The notes: generated by a model from the sequence alone, not told the origin. A DNA stretch of 64,000 nucleotides from Candidatus Poribacteria bacterium (GCA_965205025.1 CBDBFU010000033.1:32001-96000); one strand, 5' to 3'. Shown: positions 32,054 through 41,601, counted from the first letter of the stretch. Translations and numbers: made by a program.

Positions 32054-32194
32054 CGCCAGTTTGATAATAAAAAATGTCAGTTCGTCAAACAGAACTTTTC
32101 CCTGAAGATAGTCTTTGTAGCACAAACTTTCCAGTTTGTGCACTCTGGTGTGAGCTAAGAGTTCGGGTTAAAATGTGTCTTATCAAAATCACGT
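32053..32194. mobile_element. 142-bp MITE (inverted copy of 20034-20175) with 6-bp target duplication TCAATA
   Basis: Ends ACGCCAGTTTGATAA / TTATCAAAATCACGT; TCAATA at 32047-32052 and 32195-32200. Confidence 0.8.
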
Positions 32195-32314
32195 TCAATA
32201 TAAATAAAATTGCATTAAAGACATATATTGTGTAAAATTAGTATATTAACGATATTAATTACACATTGAGATTTCAGGACGATATACCAAGCATAAATCC
32301 TAAAGGAGGTCTAC

Positions 32315-32719
32315 ATGAATCCAAGATTTGAAGTCAACAATTCTGACGAACTTGAACTTGCATTACAACATTATAACAATTTTCATGATGATTATGTCGC
32401 AGAGATAGATATTAAGTTTGACAACTATAAAGCAATTAACGAGGATGGTAGGTCTACTGGGATTGGTGATGCAGATAAGACTGTTGTTCTCACTGTGAAC
32501 ACCCACCCTTATGGTATGGATCATAACCGACTTGTTCGTGTTAAATTTCAGGATGTTAAGACATTTGAAATCGTCTCATCAGAAGAATCCGGACCAAAAT
32601 GGGGAGTAACAGGTGTTTATACTGAAGATAGAGATACAGATATATTTTGGGATTTTTATCCTATCTGTACCGGATCACGATATATAGTACTTTGCGATAA
32701 GATTATATTTTCTGACTAA
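32315..32719 (+). CDS. Hypothetical protein
   Basis: Strong AAGGAGGT RBS; 134-aa ORF. Confidence 0.65.
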   Translation: MNPRFEVNNSDELELALQHYNNFHDDYVAEIDIKFDNYKAINEDGRSTGIGDADKTVVLTVNTHPYGMDHNRLVRVKFQDVKTFEIVSSEESGPKWGVTGVYTEDRDTDIFWDFYPICTGSRYIVLCDKIIFSD

Positions 32720-32841
32720 AGAAACCAAATAGAAGTCCTATGAATAAACGAGAGAATTAGTAAATTCACTTTAATTGGTCTTTCAACAAGTTATAATAAC
32801 AAGATAATATTTTAGAATCATCAGATTTAGGAGACGAGTTA

Positions 32842-33702
32842 ATGCTAACACAGGAACAAATAGATTCTTATAATGAGAACGGATATATAGGTGTTGAAGG
32901 AGTGTTGACTGAGGAAGAGGTAAAAGCACTTCGACGTGTTACCGATGAATTTGTTGAAAAATCGAGAGAAGTAACAGAACATAACTACATTTTCGATTTG
33001 GAACCCGGACACTCCCCAGAAAATCCACAAGTTCGCCGTATTAAGAGTCCATGTTTATATCATAGTGTATACGACCAAACGCTACGACATCCTAATATCT
33101 TGGGTATTGTTGGACAACTTATCGGTGATGATCTAAGACACAATGGACATAAACTTAATATGAAATATCCTGAGTTTGGGAGTCCGGTTGAATGGCATCA
33201 GGATTGGGCATTTTATCCACATACGAATGACGATTTACTTGCTGTGGGTGTAGTAATTGATGATATGACTGTTGAAAATGGTGCATTGATGATAATCCCC
33301 GGCTCACACAAAGGTCCAACATTGGATCATCATCAAAATGGAGTATTCATCGGTGCTGTTACCGATCCAGATTTTACACCTGAGGGTGCTGTACCCATTG
33401 AGATTAAAGCAGGTGGCATAACACTACACCATGTTCGTGCATTACATGGATCTGCTCCAAATACTTCTGATAAACCACGTCGTCTTTTGCTATTTCAATA
33501 TTGTGCTGTGGATGCATGGCCTCTAAAAGGCATTCCAGATTGGGAAACATTCAACGATTTTATTATCCAAGGTGAACCCACTAACCAACCTCGAGTTGTT
33601 TCAACACCTGTTAGAATGCCCCAACCTTATTCTGATAAGACGGGGACAATTTACGAAGTACAATCCCTTCTTGAAAACCCATTGTTTAGTAAGACACAGT
33701 AA
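32842..33702 (+). CDS. Phytanoyl-CoA dioxygenase (PhyH) family 2OG-Fe(II) oxygenase
   Basis: WHQDWAF, ENGAL..IPGSH, LHGS.PN.S..PRR. Confidence 0.92.
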   Translation: MLTQEQIDSYNENGYIGVEGVLTEEEVKALRRVTDEFVEKSREVTEHNYIFDLEPGHSPENPQVRRIKSPCLYHSVYDQTLRHPNILGIVGQLIGDDLRHNGHKLNMKYPEFGSPVEWHQDWAFYPHTNDDLLAVGVVIDDMTVENGALMIIPGSHKGPTLDHHQNGVFIGAVTDPDFTPEGAVPIEIKAGGITLHHVRALHGSAPNTSDKPRRLLLFQYCAVDAWPLKGIPDWETFNDFIIQGEPTNQPRVVSTPVRMPQPYSDKTGTIYEVQSLLENPLFSKTQ

Positions 33703-33963
33703 TCGTCATTGATACGTTTCCACCCCTTGGTAGGTTCGGTTTCTAACCGAACCTAAACCTCCACGTTGAGAAAGATCTATTTCACCGACATCTCGCGTTC
33801 AAGGCAATTCTAATAAATAAAACCCGTTAATCTGAGAAACCACCGTGCAGACAATAACCCCTCTTTGTACCACAAACTTTTAGTTTGTGATCTTACTCCT
33901 TCCCCTACGCGTATTCGACATTGATTTGGTGGTTCAGACAATCTCCGGATTCCGATCCCCGAT

Positions 33964-34266
33964 CTTCTCTTATCCGTGTAATCCGTGATTCAGAAAAACC
34001 TCTCTTTGTACCACAAACTTTATGAAGATTAAGAAAATATTTCGGTAATTCTAATTTTCCCAAACCCGGTAGGTGCGGTTTCCTAACCGCACTGGATTTT
34101 TCTTTAACATTACCGAATTTAAAACTTAATCCTCATTTAGTTTGTGATCTTACTCCTTACCATATGCGGATTCTGCATTGATTTGATGGTTTAGACAACT
34201 CAAAACAAACCCAAAAATATGCTAATCCTACTAAATTGACCCATGCTGACAAATTATCTACGCACC
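33964..34266 (+). repeat. About 300-bp composite direct repeat (copy 1), containing the 115-bp ATGAAGATTAAG element at 34022-34136
   Basis: Colinear and highly similar to 40504-40825; partial copies at 33860-33945 (empty site) and 53170-53237. Confidence 0.85.
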
Positions 34267-34283
34267 CCAGACCAACAAACACA

Positions 34284-34312
34284 TTGAATCTTCCACCAAT
34301 AATTGCTATAAT
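34284..34312 (+). promoter_or_regulatory. Sigma70-type promoter TTGAAT-17-TATAAT (extended -10) upstream of hsdM
   Basis: Exact 17-bp spacing, TGn before the -10. Confidence 0.6.
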
Positions 34313-34343
34313 TCCTAAACAATACCTTTTTAGGAGCATCTCA

Positions 34344-35966
34344 TTGCCAAAAAAGAATTCATCTACCGATACCTCCCAAATACAAATCCCCATTGACGAA
34401 CCAGAACAAACACAATTAGACATCTCACAACTCGAACAGTGGTTATTACGCGCGGCAAACACCATCCGCGGGCAAGCCGACGCTCCCAAATTCAAGGACT
34501 TCATACTACCCCTCATCTTCTACAAAAGACTCTCAGATGTTTTTGATGATGAATTCGAAAAACAGATAGAAGTATTCGGAGACGAAGACGCAGCACGTGA
34601 AATCATCGAAGCGGATCATGAAGCTGCTCTCAAAGATGATCGTTCCCCCATAGTACGATTCTACATACCACAATTATACAGTTGGGACAAAATACGCAAC
34701 CATGGTGCCGATGGACATCTCGGAGAATTCGTCACTGAAGCGATGCGAAATGTCGCAAAACTCAACCCACCCCTGCAAGGTGTACTCAACGTTCAAGATT
34801 TCAACGAAACACAAAGCGGACAACGAACTCTGGATGACGAACGCCTCGAAGCATTAATTGAGGTCTTGAGTGAACATAGACTCGGTTTACAAGACACAGA
34901 ACCGGATATCCTCGGACGTGCTTATGAATACCTCCTACGGAAATTCGCTGAAGGTCAAGGACAGAGTGCAGGCGAATTCTATACACCCAAAGAGGTAGGG
35001 GAATTAATGGCACGACTCATTGATCCCATGCCAATGACAAAAATATATGATCCAGCATGCGGTTCGGGAGGACTGCTTATAAAAGGTATGTTACAATACC
35101 TCGAAACACATCCTGATGATAAGAGTCAAGCACCCCATATCTTCGGTCAAGAATTAACACCGACCACCTATGCAATGGCAAAAATGAATGCATTTCTCCA
35201 CGATTTTATTGATTCCGATATACAAATAGGGGATACCTTCCGTAATCCACGGTTTGTAACAGATAACACAAAACTACAACAGTTCGATTATATTGTTGCT
35301 AATCCAATGTGGAATCAGAAGGAGTACAATGATGACTTCTATTCAAACGACAATTGGCAACGGTTCACCTACGGTAAACCACCCAGTTCTTCTGCAGATT
35401 GGGGATGGGTACAACACATGTATGCATCCCTAAATTCGGATGGACAGGCAGCAATTGTATTGGATACAGGGGCAGTTTCACGCGGAGCTGGGAGTAAACA
35501 TTCAGATAAAGAACGTGACATCCGCAAACAATTTGTTGAAAAGGATCTGATTGAAACAGTCATCCTATTACCTGAAAACCTATTTTACAATACCACTGCA
35601 CCCGGTATTATCCTATTACTTAACTGCAAGAAACCAGAAGATAGAAAAGGTAAGATTCTGCTAATAAATCTCTCACTACACTTTGAAAAACAGAAACCCA
35701 AAAATGTCCTAACAGATGAAGGAATTAAAATATGTAAGGAAGTTTACGATGCATGGGAATCACGAGAGAAATTAAGCAATGTCATTACCTTAGAGGACGC
35801 ACAAAAGACAGATTATAATTTGAGTCCATCCCAGTTTGTTGATGTTGGGGATACCATCGAACACCGTCCAATGAATGAAATTCTTGCAGACCTTTCAGAA
35901 GCACGTATCGCACGTGAAAAAGCAGATAATGTCTTAGAAGATGTATTAAGCCAACTTAAACTGTAA
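34344..35966 (+). CDS. hsdM: Type I restriction-modification methyltransferase subunit M
   Basis: AGGAG RBS and TTG at 34344; GEFYTP, DPACGSGG, NPMW (motif IV variant), LPENLFYNT. Confidence 0.92.
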   Translation: MPKKNSSTDTSQIQIPIDEPEQTQLDISQLEQWLLRAANTIRGQADAPKFKDFILPLIFYKRLSDVFDDEFEKQIEVFGDEDAAREIIEADHEAALKDDRSPIVRFYIPQLYSWDKIRNHGADGHLGEFVTEAMRNVAKLNPPLQGVLNVQDFNETQSGQRTLDDERLEALIEVLSEHRLGLQDTEPDILGRAYEYLLRKFAEGQGQSAGEFYTPKEVGELMARLIDPMPMTKIYDPACGSGGLLIKGMLQYLETHPDDKSQAPHIFGQELTPTTYAMAKMNAFLHDFIDSDIQIGDTFRNPRFVTDNTKLQQFDYIVANPMWNQKEYNDDFYSNDNWQRFTYGKPPSSSADWGWVQHMYASLNSDGQAAIVLDTGAVSRGAGSKHSDKERDIRKQFVEKDLIETVILLPENLFYNTTAPGIILLLNCKKPEDRKGKILLINLSLHFEKQKPKNVLTDEGIKICKEVYDAWESREKLSNVITLEDAQKTDYNLSPSQFVDVGDTIEHRPMNEILADLSEARIAREKADNVLEDVLSQLKL

Positions 35967-36180
35967 GGTTTATAGACGTTTCACATCTTCTCTTCTGTGT
36001 GCGGGATTCCAATCCCAGATTCTTACATTCTGTAGGAGAGGATTCCGATCCCCGATCTTCTCTTATCCGTGAAATCCGTGAAATCCGCGTAATCCGTGAT
36101 TCAGACAATCCCGGATTCCTATCCCTGACTCTTCTGTAGGAGGGAACTCCCATTCCCGATCTTTTCCACCCCTTGGTAGG

Positions 36181-36286
36181 CGGGAATGCTATATAGCATT
36201 CATACCCGGGGAATGACTAAATGTCATTCATACCCGGGGAATGCTAAATAGCATTCATACCGTTGATTCCTTGATTCCTTGATTCC
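36181..36286. mobile_element. Triple self-nested 36-bp CGGGGAATG...CATTCATACCGTTGATTCC element inserted in a GGTAGGTTCGG REP
   Basis: Three hairpin heads followed by three TTGATT tails; same insertion point as the single copy at 41082-41117. Confidence 0.75.
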
Positions 36287-36420
36287 TCAGTTTGTTGGAT
36301 GTGGTGTTGATTCATAGGAGTTGCATGTATCGCTGATATGTGGTAGTGGTGGATATAATAAAGCATACCTCTACTCAAAGAGTTATGACTTGAGGTATGC
36401 AACGTAGATTGAAGATAAAT

Positions 36421-36633
36421 CTATTTTTTTGGATTGTCTGACTGTGGCTTAGACGAATCAGGCATAGGCTTAGATGATTCCGGCTGAGGATTGTTTTGTG
36501 GTGGTTTAGGTCTATGAACAGGTCTAATCGCAGGGGGAATATTTGGTACTGTCCACGACTGCCGTTCAGACCTATTAGGGGGTATGGCTTTCTGGGGTTT
36601 GTTGTTCTGGGTTTGCTTTTTTTTCTTTGACAT
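36421..36633 (-). CDS. Pro/Lys-rich low-complexity small protein
   Basis: GGAGG RBS before MSKKKK; directly follows the upstream gene. Confidence 0.4.
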   Translation of the reverse strand: MSKKKKQTQNNKPQKAIPPNRSERQSWTVPNIPPAIRPVHRPKPPQNNPQPESSKPMPDSSKPQSDNPKK

Positions 36634-36637
36634 TGTA

Positions 36638-37120
36638 TTAACCTCCATTCATTTTTATAGCGCCAAATCCTAAAAATAATAAAAATATAAGTATACCGAA
36701 TATAAATAAACTTATGGCAGAAATACTTAGGAAATTTCCTATTCTACCTGACGTACTCACATAAAATCGCGCTTCCTCTACATTATTTAGGTAAAAGTCT
36801 TCATTGAATTCGCTTTGTTTCCGCAAATTTTTTCTAACAAATACATAAGCACTCATATTACTAACAATAGATAAAATAAATGGGGCATAACTGAAGATCA
36901 ATACCCAATGATTAACACCATTCCAGTTTACATAGGCGGTCATTAATACCAATAAACCTCCGGAAAAATATCTCATAGTTTTATTAAACTCTACGTCATT
37001 GCTTAATAGGCTATCAAATATTTTTCTTTCTTCGGCAAGGTATAAGGCATATATCTCTTTTTGTATTTCCTCTGTATCTCGTGTTTCTTCTGTATCTTGT
37101 GTTTCTTCAGTTTTTAGCAT
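36638..37120 (-). CDS. Hypothetical 3-TM membrane protein
   Basis: GGAG RBS; three hydrophobic segments; N-terminal TEETQD/TEETRD repeat. Confidence 0.6.
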   Translation of the reverse strand: MLKTEETQDTEETRDTEEIQKEIYALYLAEERKIFDSLLSNDVEFNKTMRYFSGGLLVLMTAYVNWNGVNHWVLIFSYAPFILSIVSNMSAYVFVRKNLRKQSEFNEDFYLNNVEEARFYVSTSGRIGNFLSISAISLFIFGILIFLLFLGFGAIKMNGG

Positions 37121-37528
37121 AGCAGTAACACTCCCGCATTATATTATCATACATCTATTCAATAGTCAATTTCTTTCATAAAGGGGGTGTGTAAAGTTTT
37201 TGTCACCATAGGTGTTAATTTACTCATTAGACTCTTCTGTAGAAGGGAACTCCGATTCCCGATTCTTACATTCTGTAGGATGTGATTCCGATCCCCGATC
37301 TTCTCTTATCCGCGTAATCGCGCAATCCGCGCAATCCGTGAAATCAGTGGTTCAGACAATCCCCGAATTCCGATTCCAGTTCCTTCAAGATCCTGTCTCT
37401 ACCCCATGGTAGGTTCGGTCTCCACCCCATGGTAGGTTCGGTTTCTAACCGAACCGAAGTAACACCATTTTCAATTGATAGAATTACATTATGACTTACA
37501 TGATACAAGGCTTATGATATGCATATTA

Positions 37529-38125
37529 TGAGTCCCGGTGAATGCCTAAATGGCATTCATACCCGGGGAACGCCAAAAAGGCGTTCATACCGTTGATTCC
37601 TTGATTTGGTAGGGACGATATGTCTATAGAAAACCTGTTTCTATACTATCTTGAGTCCCATAGGGACGGAATGTCTATAGCAAAAGTGTATATCCCTGTA
37701 ATTGAGTCCCGGGGAATGCCCGGTGAATGACTAAATGTCATTCATACCGTTGTTTCTTGATTCCTTGATTTGGTAGGGACGAAATGATTATAACTAAGGT
37801 GAATATCCCTAAAATAGAGTCCCGTAGGGACGGAATGTTTATAGAAAACGTGCTTTTTCTCTATCTTGAGTCCCGTAGGGACGGAATGTCTATAGAAGTC
37901 GTTATCACCAATATCCTAAGCCCCGGGGAATGCTAAATAGCATTCATACCCGGGGAACGCCAAAAAGGCGTTCATACCGTTGATTCCTTGATTCCTTGAT
38001 TTGGTAGGGGCGAAATGTGTGTAGAAAGGTCATTCCTCCCCAAAGGTCAAGCCCCAGCGGGGCGAAAGGTGTGTAGAAAACGTTGCAGCCTCATCACTAA
38101 GCCCCAGCGGGGCGAAAGGTGTATC
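37529..38125 (+). repeat. Array of GAGTCCC(G/A)TAGGGACGGAATG and AAGCCCCAGCGGGGCGAAAGGTG palindromic units (period about 50 bp), three of them interrupted by nested 36-bp elements
   Basis: About 8 units read directly; insertions at about 37536, 37710 and 37924. Confidence 0.85.
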
Positions 38126-38180
38126 CCTAAATTAACACCTATGGCTACAATCATTTACGCACCCTTAGCTTCCCGTAATC

Positions 38181-38209
38181 TTGAATATACTGCAATTAGA
38201 TGCTATAAT
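38181..38209 (+). promoter_or_regulatory. Sigma70-type promoter TTGAAT-17-TATAAT, inside an 85-bp block duplicated at 40827-40909
   Basis: Exact spacing; extended -10. Confidence 0.6.
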
Positions 38210-38287
38210 GATAATCACAATTTATCAAAAGACTACTTGTAGATATTAACTCACACCCAACAAACACCTGATAGGAGATGAAAATCC

Positions 38288-40081
38288 ATGAAAATACTCG
38301 CTTATGCACTCGGTGCTTACAATATTGTAGGAACTGGATTTTCTATTATTGGTGGTATCAACCACGCCATCAAACATTTTTGCAAAACTACAGCAGAAGA
38401 ACTTTTCAAAAAATCTTTTGATAAGGTAGTTAAGCAACATGCATCTGACTTTGCTGATCTTACTGATCCGAAAACCGTTAAAATTGATCCCCATACATTT
38501 GATAACGTTATTGCTTCACTCAAAGATGAGGACAAAAACCAATTCGCACAATTATTTGAAAGTGAGAAAATCGCAAAAATCACAACACTTTTTCGGAAAT
38601 GTATTATCATCCCCAACCATCAATTGCCTAATATGGATTTAGATCAAAGAATTCGTCCCATTATTGAAAAGGTGATTATTGATTTTTATTCACAACTTCC
38701 ATTTAAACAGGAAGCATTCAATCAAAGTATCCTTGAATTTATCCAAAATAACACGACTGATCAAACAGACACAGATTCTATACTAATGGAATTTAAGAAT
38801 GAAATTGAACAAGTAGAGAAAGAAGTTAGTCTACGTATAACACAGGATATCCAAGCCTTTAAGGATTACACTGAAGATATTAATAACGAAATTAAAGGAC
38901 TTAAGCAAACGACCGATAGGAATAGGTTAGATACATGGGAATCTCTCATAGGTAAGACTGAATTTGAGGATAGAAGTCGTATTGGAAATTTTGATGCAGA
39001 CCAACTATTAGAAATCGCAAAACAGGCAAATTGGAAGATTTCTGAACCTTACAACAGTTATGTGCTTGCTTTAGGTGAAGAGCGAATGAATTTACAATCA
39101 GCATTAGACGTGTGCGTTGACTTTCTCTACACACTTTGGGATGAACCAATTTCTTTCAGACAAAAAGAATTCTTGACATTGGGTTTATTAACCGGATTTA
39201 CTAAAGGCCGAGATGCTGACAAAGTATTAGACAAACTTATATATCTAATTCAAAATAAACATACACATTTTTTACCTGTTGAAAACAGTATTCTCAGACA
39301 AATCCGTAATTTTCAACAGATCTATCCACTTGAAGAAAACTTTATGTTTTTAGAAGAACATGATATTCGTCTTAAAGGAACGCGTGTAGGAATTGAAACT
39401 ATACTAACCGAATATATAGATAATAGTAGACCACCAGAAAAAATCGCTTATCATTACTATTCACCTACACTTGAACAGATTTACGCTACAATCCTATATT
39501 ATCTTCAAAATCAAGAAAAAGTTACTACATATATGAAGGATTATCTTACATATTGCAAAACAGCACGTGAGGAATACGAGAAGAATCTACCCCCGGTTGT
39601 TGTTCGCTTGCGTAAACTCATTGCAGAAAAGGAAGCAAATTCTGATATACCCGAGCCAACAATCGAAAAAACAACACAGCAAGTACAAACCCAATCCCCA
39701 ACCAATAATGAACGGGGGATAAAGATGCGTCGGTTTCTCATAGATGAAAATATTTCTCCCGAGTATGGTATGCAATTGCTTTACCATGAACCATTACTAA
39801 GGGTCTTGGCGATTGGCGATGAAGGTGCTCCTCCGAAAAGTACACCAGACCCAGAAATCTTAGTCTGGTGTGAACAGAACCAATTTAACTTGATAACAAA
39901 CAATCGGGAAAGTATGCCGCAACATCTCGCTGACCATCTGGCAGCAGGACACCATGTACCCGGCATTTTCACAATTAATCTCACAGTACCTATGGGAAGA
40001 ATCATCAATGAATTACTTCTCATCGCTGGTGCCTCTGACGAAGAAGAATATATGGACAAAATTACTTACATCCCACTTTAA
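38288..40081 (+). CDS. Fusion of an unknown helical N-terminal region, a DUF433 antitoxin domain and a DUF5615 PIN-like (VapC45-like) toxin domain
   Basis: DIRLKGTRVGIETIL...LEQIYATILYY (DUF433); MRRFLIDEN...DPEIL.WC...LITNN (DUF5615); possible internal start at 39725. Confidence 0.7.
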   Translation: MKILAYALGAYNIVGTGFSIIGGINHAIKHFCKTTAEELFKKSFDKVVKQHASDFADLTDPKTVKIDPHTFDNVIASLKDEDKNQFAQLFESEKIAKITTLFRKCIIIPNHQLPNMDLDQRIRPIIEKVIIDFYSQLPFKQEAFNQSILEFIQNNTTDQTDTDSILMEFKNEIEQVEKEVSLRITQDIQAFKDYTEDINNEIKGLKQTTDRNRLDTWESLIGKTEFEDRSRIGNFDADQLLEIAKQANWKISEPYNSYVLALGEERMNLQSALDVCVDFLYTLWDEPISFRQKEFLTLGLLTGFTKGRDADKVLDKLIYLIQNKHTHFLPVENSILRQIRNFQQIYPLEENFMFLEEHDIRLKGTRVGIETILTEYIDNSRPPEKIAYHYYSPTLEQIYATILYYLQNQEKVTTYMKDYLTYCKTAREEYEKNLPPVVVRLRKLIAEKEANSDIPEPTIEKTTQQVQTQSPTNNERGIKMRRFLIDENISPEYGMQLLYHEPLLRVLAIGDEGAPPKSTPDPEILVWCEQNQFNLITNNRESMPQHLADHLAAGHHVPGIFTINLTVPMGRIINELLLIAGASDEEEYMDKITYIPL

Positions 40082-40155
40082 CTACTGGAAACTAAATACT
40101 TCTCTTATCGTTTGACAATCCATATAGTGTGTGTTAATCTATTGATATTATCAGA

Positions 40156-40389
40156 ATGATGGCAGAAGGTATTGACTTCATCATGTTATTGTCAGATTGG
40201 TTACTTGAGAGACGAGAAAAACGTATTCAGGCAGCGAGAGAAGAAGGATATGCAGAAGGATATGCAGAAGGATATGCCGAAAGTTATGCTGTTGCGAAAG
40301 CCGAAAACAGCGATACAGTTGAGAAATCACCAGATCCTCCATCAAAGTCTTCAAATTCTTCATCAATACCCACAAAAAATCCTAAATAA
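40156..40389 (+). CDS. Small protein resembling the EG-repeat C-terminal tail of Rpn-family proteins
   Basis: REEGYAEGYAEGYAE encoded by 12-bp GAAGGATATGCA repeats; TTGACA box at 40112. Confidence 0.5.
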   Translation: MMAEGIDFIMLLSDWLLERREKRIQAAREEGYAEGYAEGYAESYAVAKAENSDTVEKSPDPPSKSSNSSSIPTKNPK

Positions 40390-40503
40390 CCCAAGTTGCT
40401 ACTAACGGATTTTGATCGTTTCAACACAGCTTTTCAGACGCTAACCTCACCCCAGAGGGGTGATATCTCTATAGAAAAAGATATATCAACATCCTGTCCC
40501 GAA

Positions 40504-40825
40504 CTTCTCTTATCCGTGAAATCCGTGAAATCCGCGTAATCCGTGATTCAGAAAAACCCCTCTTTGTACCACAAACTTTATGAAGATTAAGAAAATATTT
40601 CGGTAATTCTAATTTTCCCAAACCCGGTAGGTGCGGTTTCCTAACCGCACTGTATCTTTTTCAAAATTACAGAATTAAAAAATTAATCTTCATTTAGTTT
40701 GTGATCTTACTCCTTACAATACGCGGATTCGGCATTGATTTGGTGATTCAGACAACTCAAAACAAACCCAAAAATATACTAATCCTACTAAATTGACGCC
40801 TACGATGACAAATTATCTACGCACC
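40504..40825 (+). repeat. Composite direct repeat (copy 2), with the 114-bp ATGAAGATTAAG element at 40580-40693
   Basis: Colinear with 33964-34266. Confidence 0.85.
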
Positions 40826-40912
40826 ATTTAGCTTCCCGAAATCTTGATTATACAGCAAATATAGGCTATAATGATAATCACAATTTATCAAAGATTATTT
40901 GTAGAAATTATC

Positions 40913-41217
40913 TTATACCATTACTGATAATTAAAGTCTCTTTAATGTAGCATAAACTTCCAGTTTGTGCGGTATTTCAAAACGTACACAACAACTGTTT
41001 ATGGAAAAAACGTTTACAGAAATGGTATTATATTCTGTAGGAGGAGATTCCGATCCCCGATCTTTCCCACCACTTGGTAGGCGGGGAATGCTATATAGCA
41101 TTCATACCGTTGATTCCTCGGTTTCTAACCGAACCGAAGTGTCAATTTCAGCATTAGACTATATGGGATGGAACTCCGATCCCCGATCCTCACTATTGTA
41201 AAATATATGAAGTCCCA
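40913..41217 (+). repeat. Composite repeat (ATACCA element, GTAGGAGGAGATTCCGATCCCCGA unit, REP with a single 36-bp insertion at 41082-41117), largely duplicated at 42045-42219
   Basis: Direct sequence comparison. Confidence 0.8.
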
Positions 41218-41335
41218 TAGGGACGGAATGTTTATAGACTATGTGTATAACCAATTTCCAAAACTGTGACGAATTCACCAGGAATCCGTCTGGGAAACAC
41301 ACCTACCGTGGTTGTGTAATCAGACTTTATTGAAT

Positions 41336-41555
41336 AGGACTTACGCATTTCCTGTTTGTCTGTAGCCCCAGCGGGGCGAAAGGTGTGTAGAAAACGTATT
41401 GACCCTAAACACTAAGCCCCAGCGGGGCGAAAGGTGTATATTTATATGGATTTTAGTATCACTCTTTCTACTGACAACGGGATTGTAGTGTAATATATGT
41501 GAGTAACAATTTTAAAACTAATCTGCCTGATAACTCATTATTTTGCGTAAGTCTT
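41336..41555. mobile_element. 220-bp MITE with terminal inverted repeats AGGACTTACGCA / TGCGTAAGTCTT, carrying two GCCCCAGCGGGGCG units
   Basis: 11/12 inverted-repeat match; flanks ATTGAAT / GTTGAAT resemble a target duplication. Confidence 0.65.
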
Positions 41556-41601
41556 GTTGAATTATAACTTCATTTTCTTTCATCATACTCACGTTAATTA
41601 A

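Noticed and set aside
34236-34343. Longer HsdM N-terminus given by the ORF track
   Set aside because: Overlaps the repeat and the promoter; the AGGAG RBS supports TTG at 34344
36063-36108. AATCCGTGA/AATCCGCGT 9-mer runs as a separate functional element (also near 33970, 37308 and 40511)
   Set aside because: They nearly always occur as part of the composite repeat described above; no independent evidence of function
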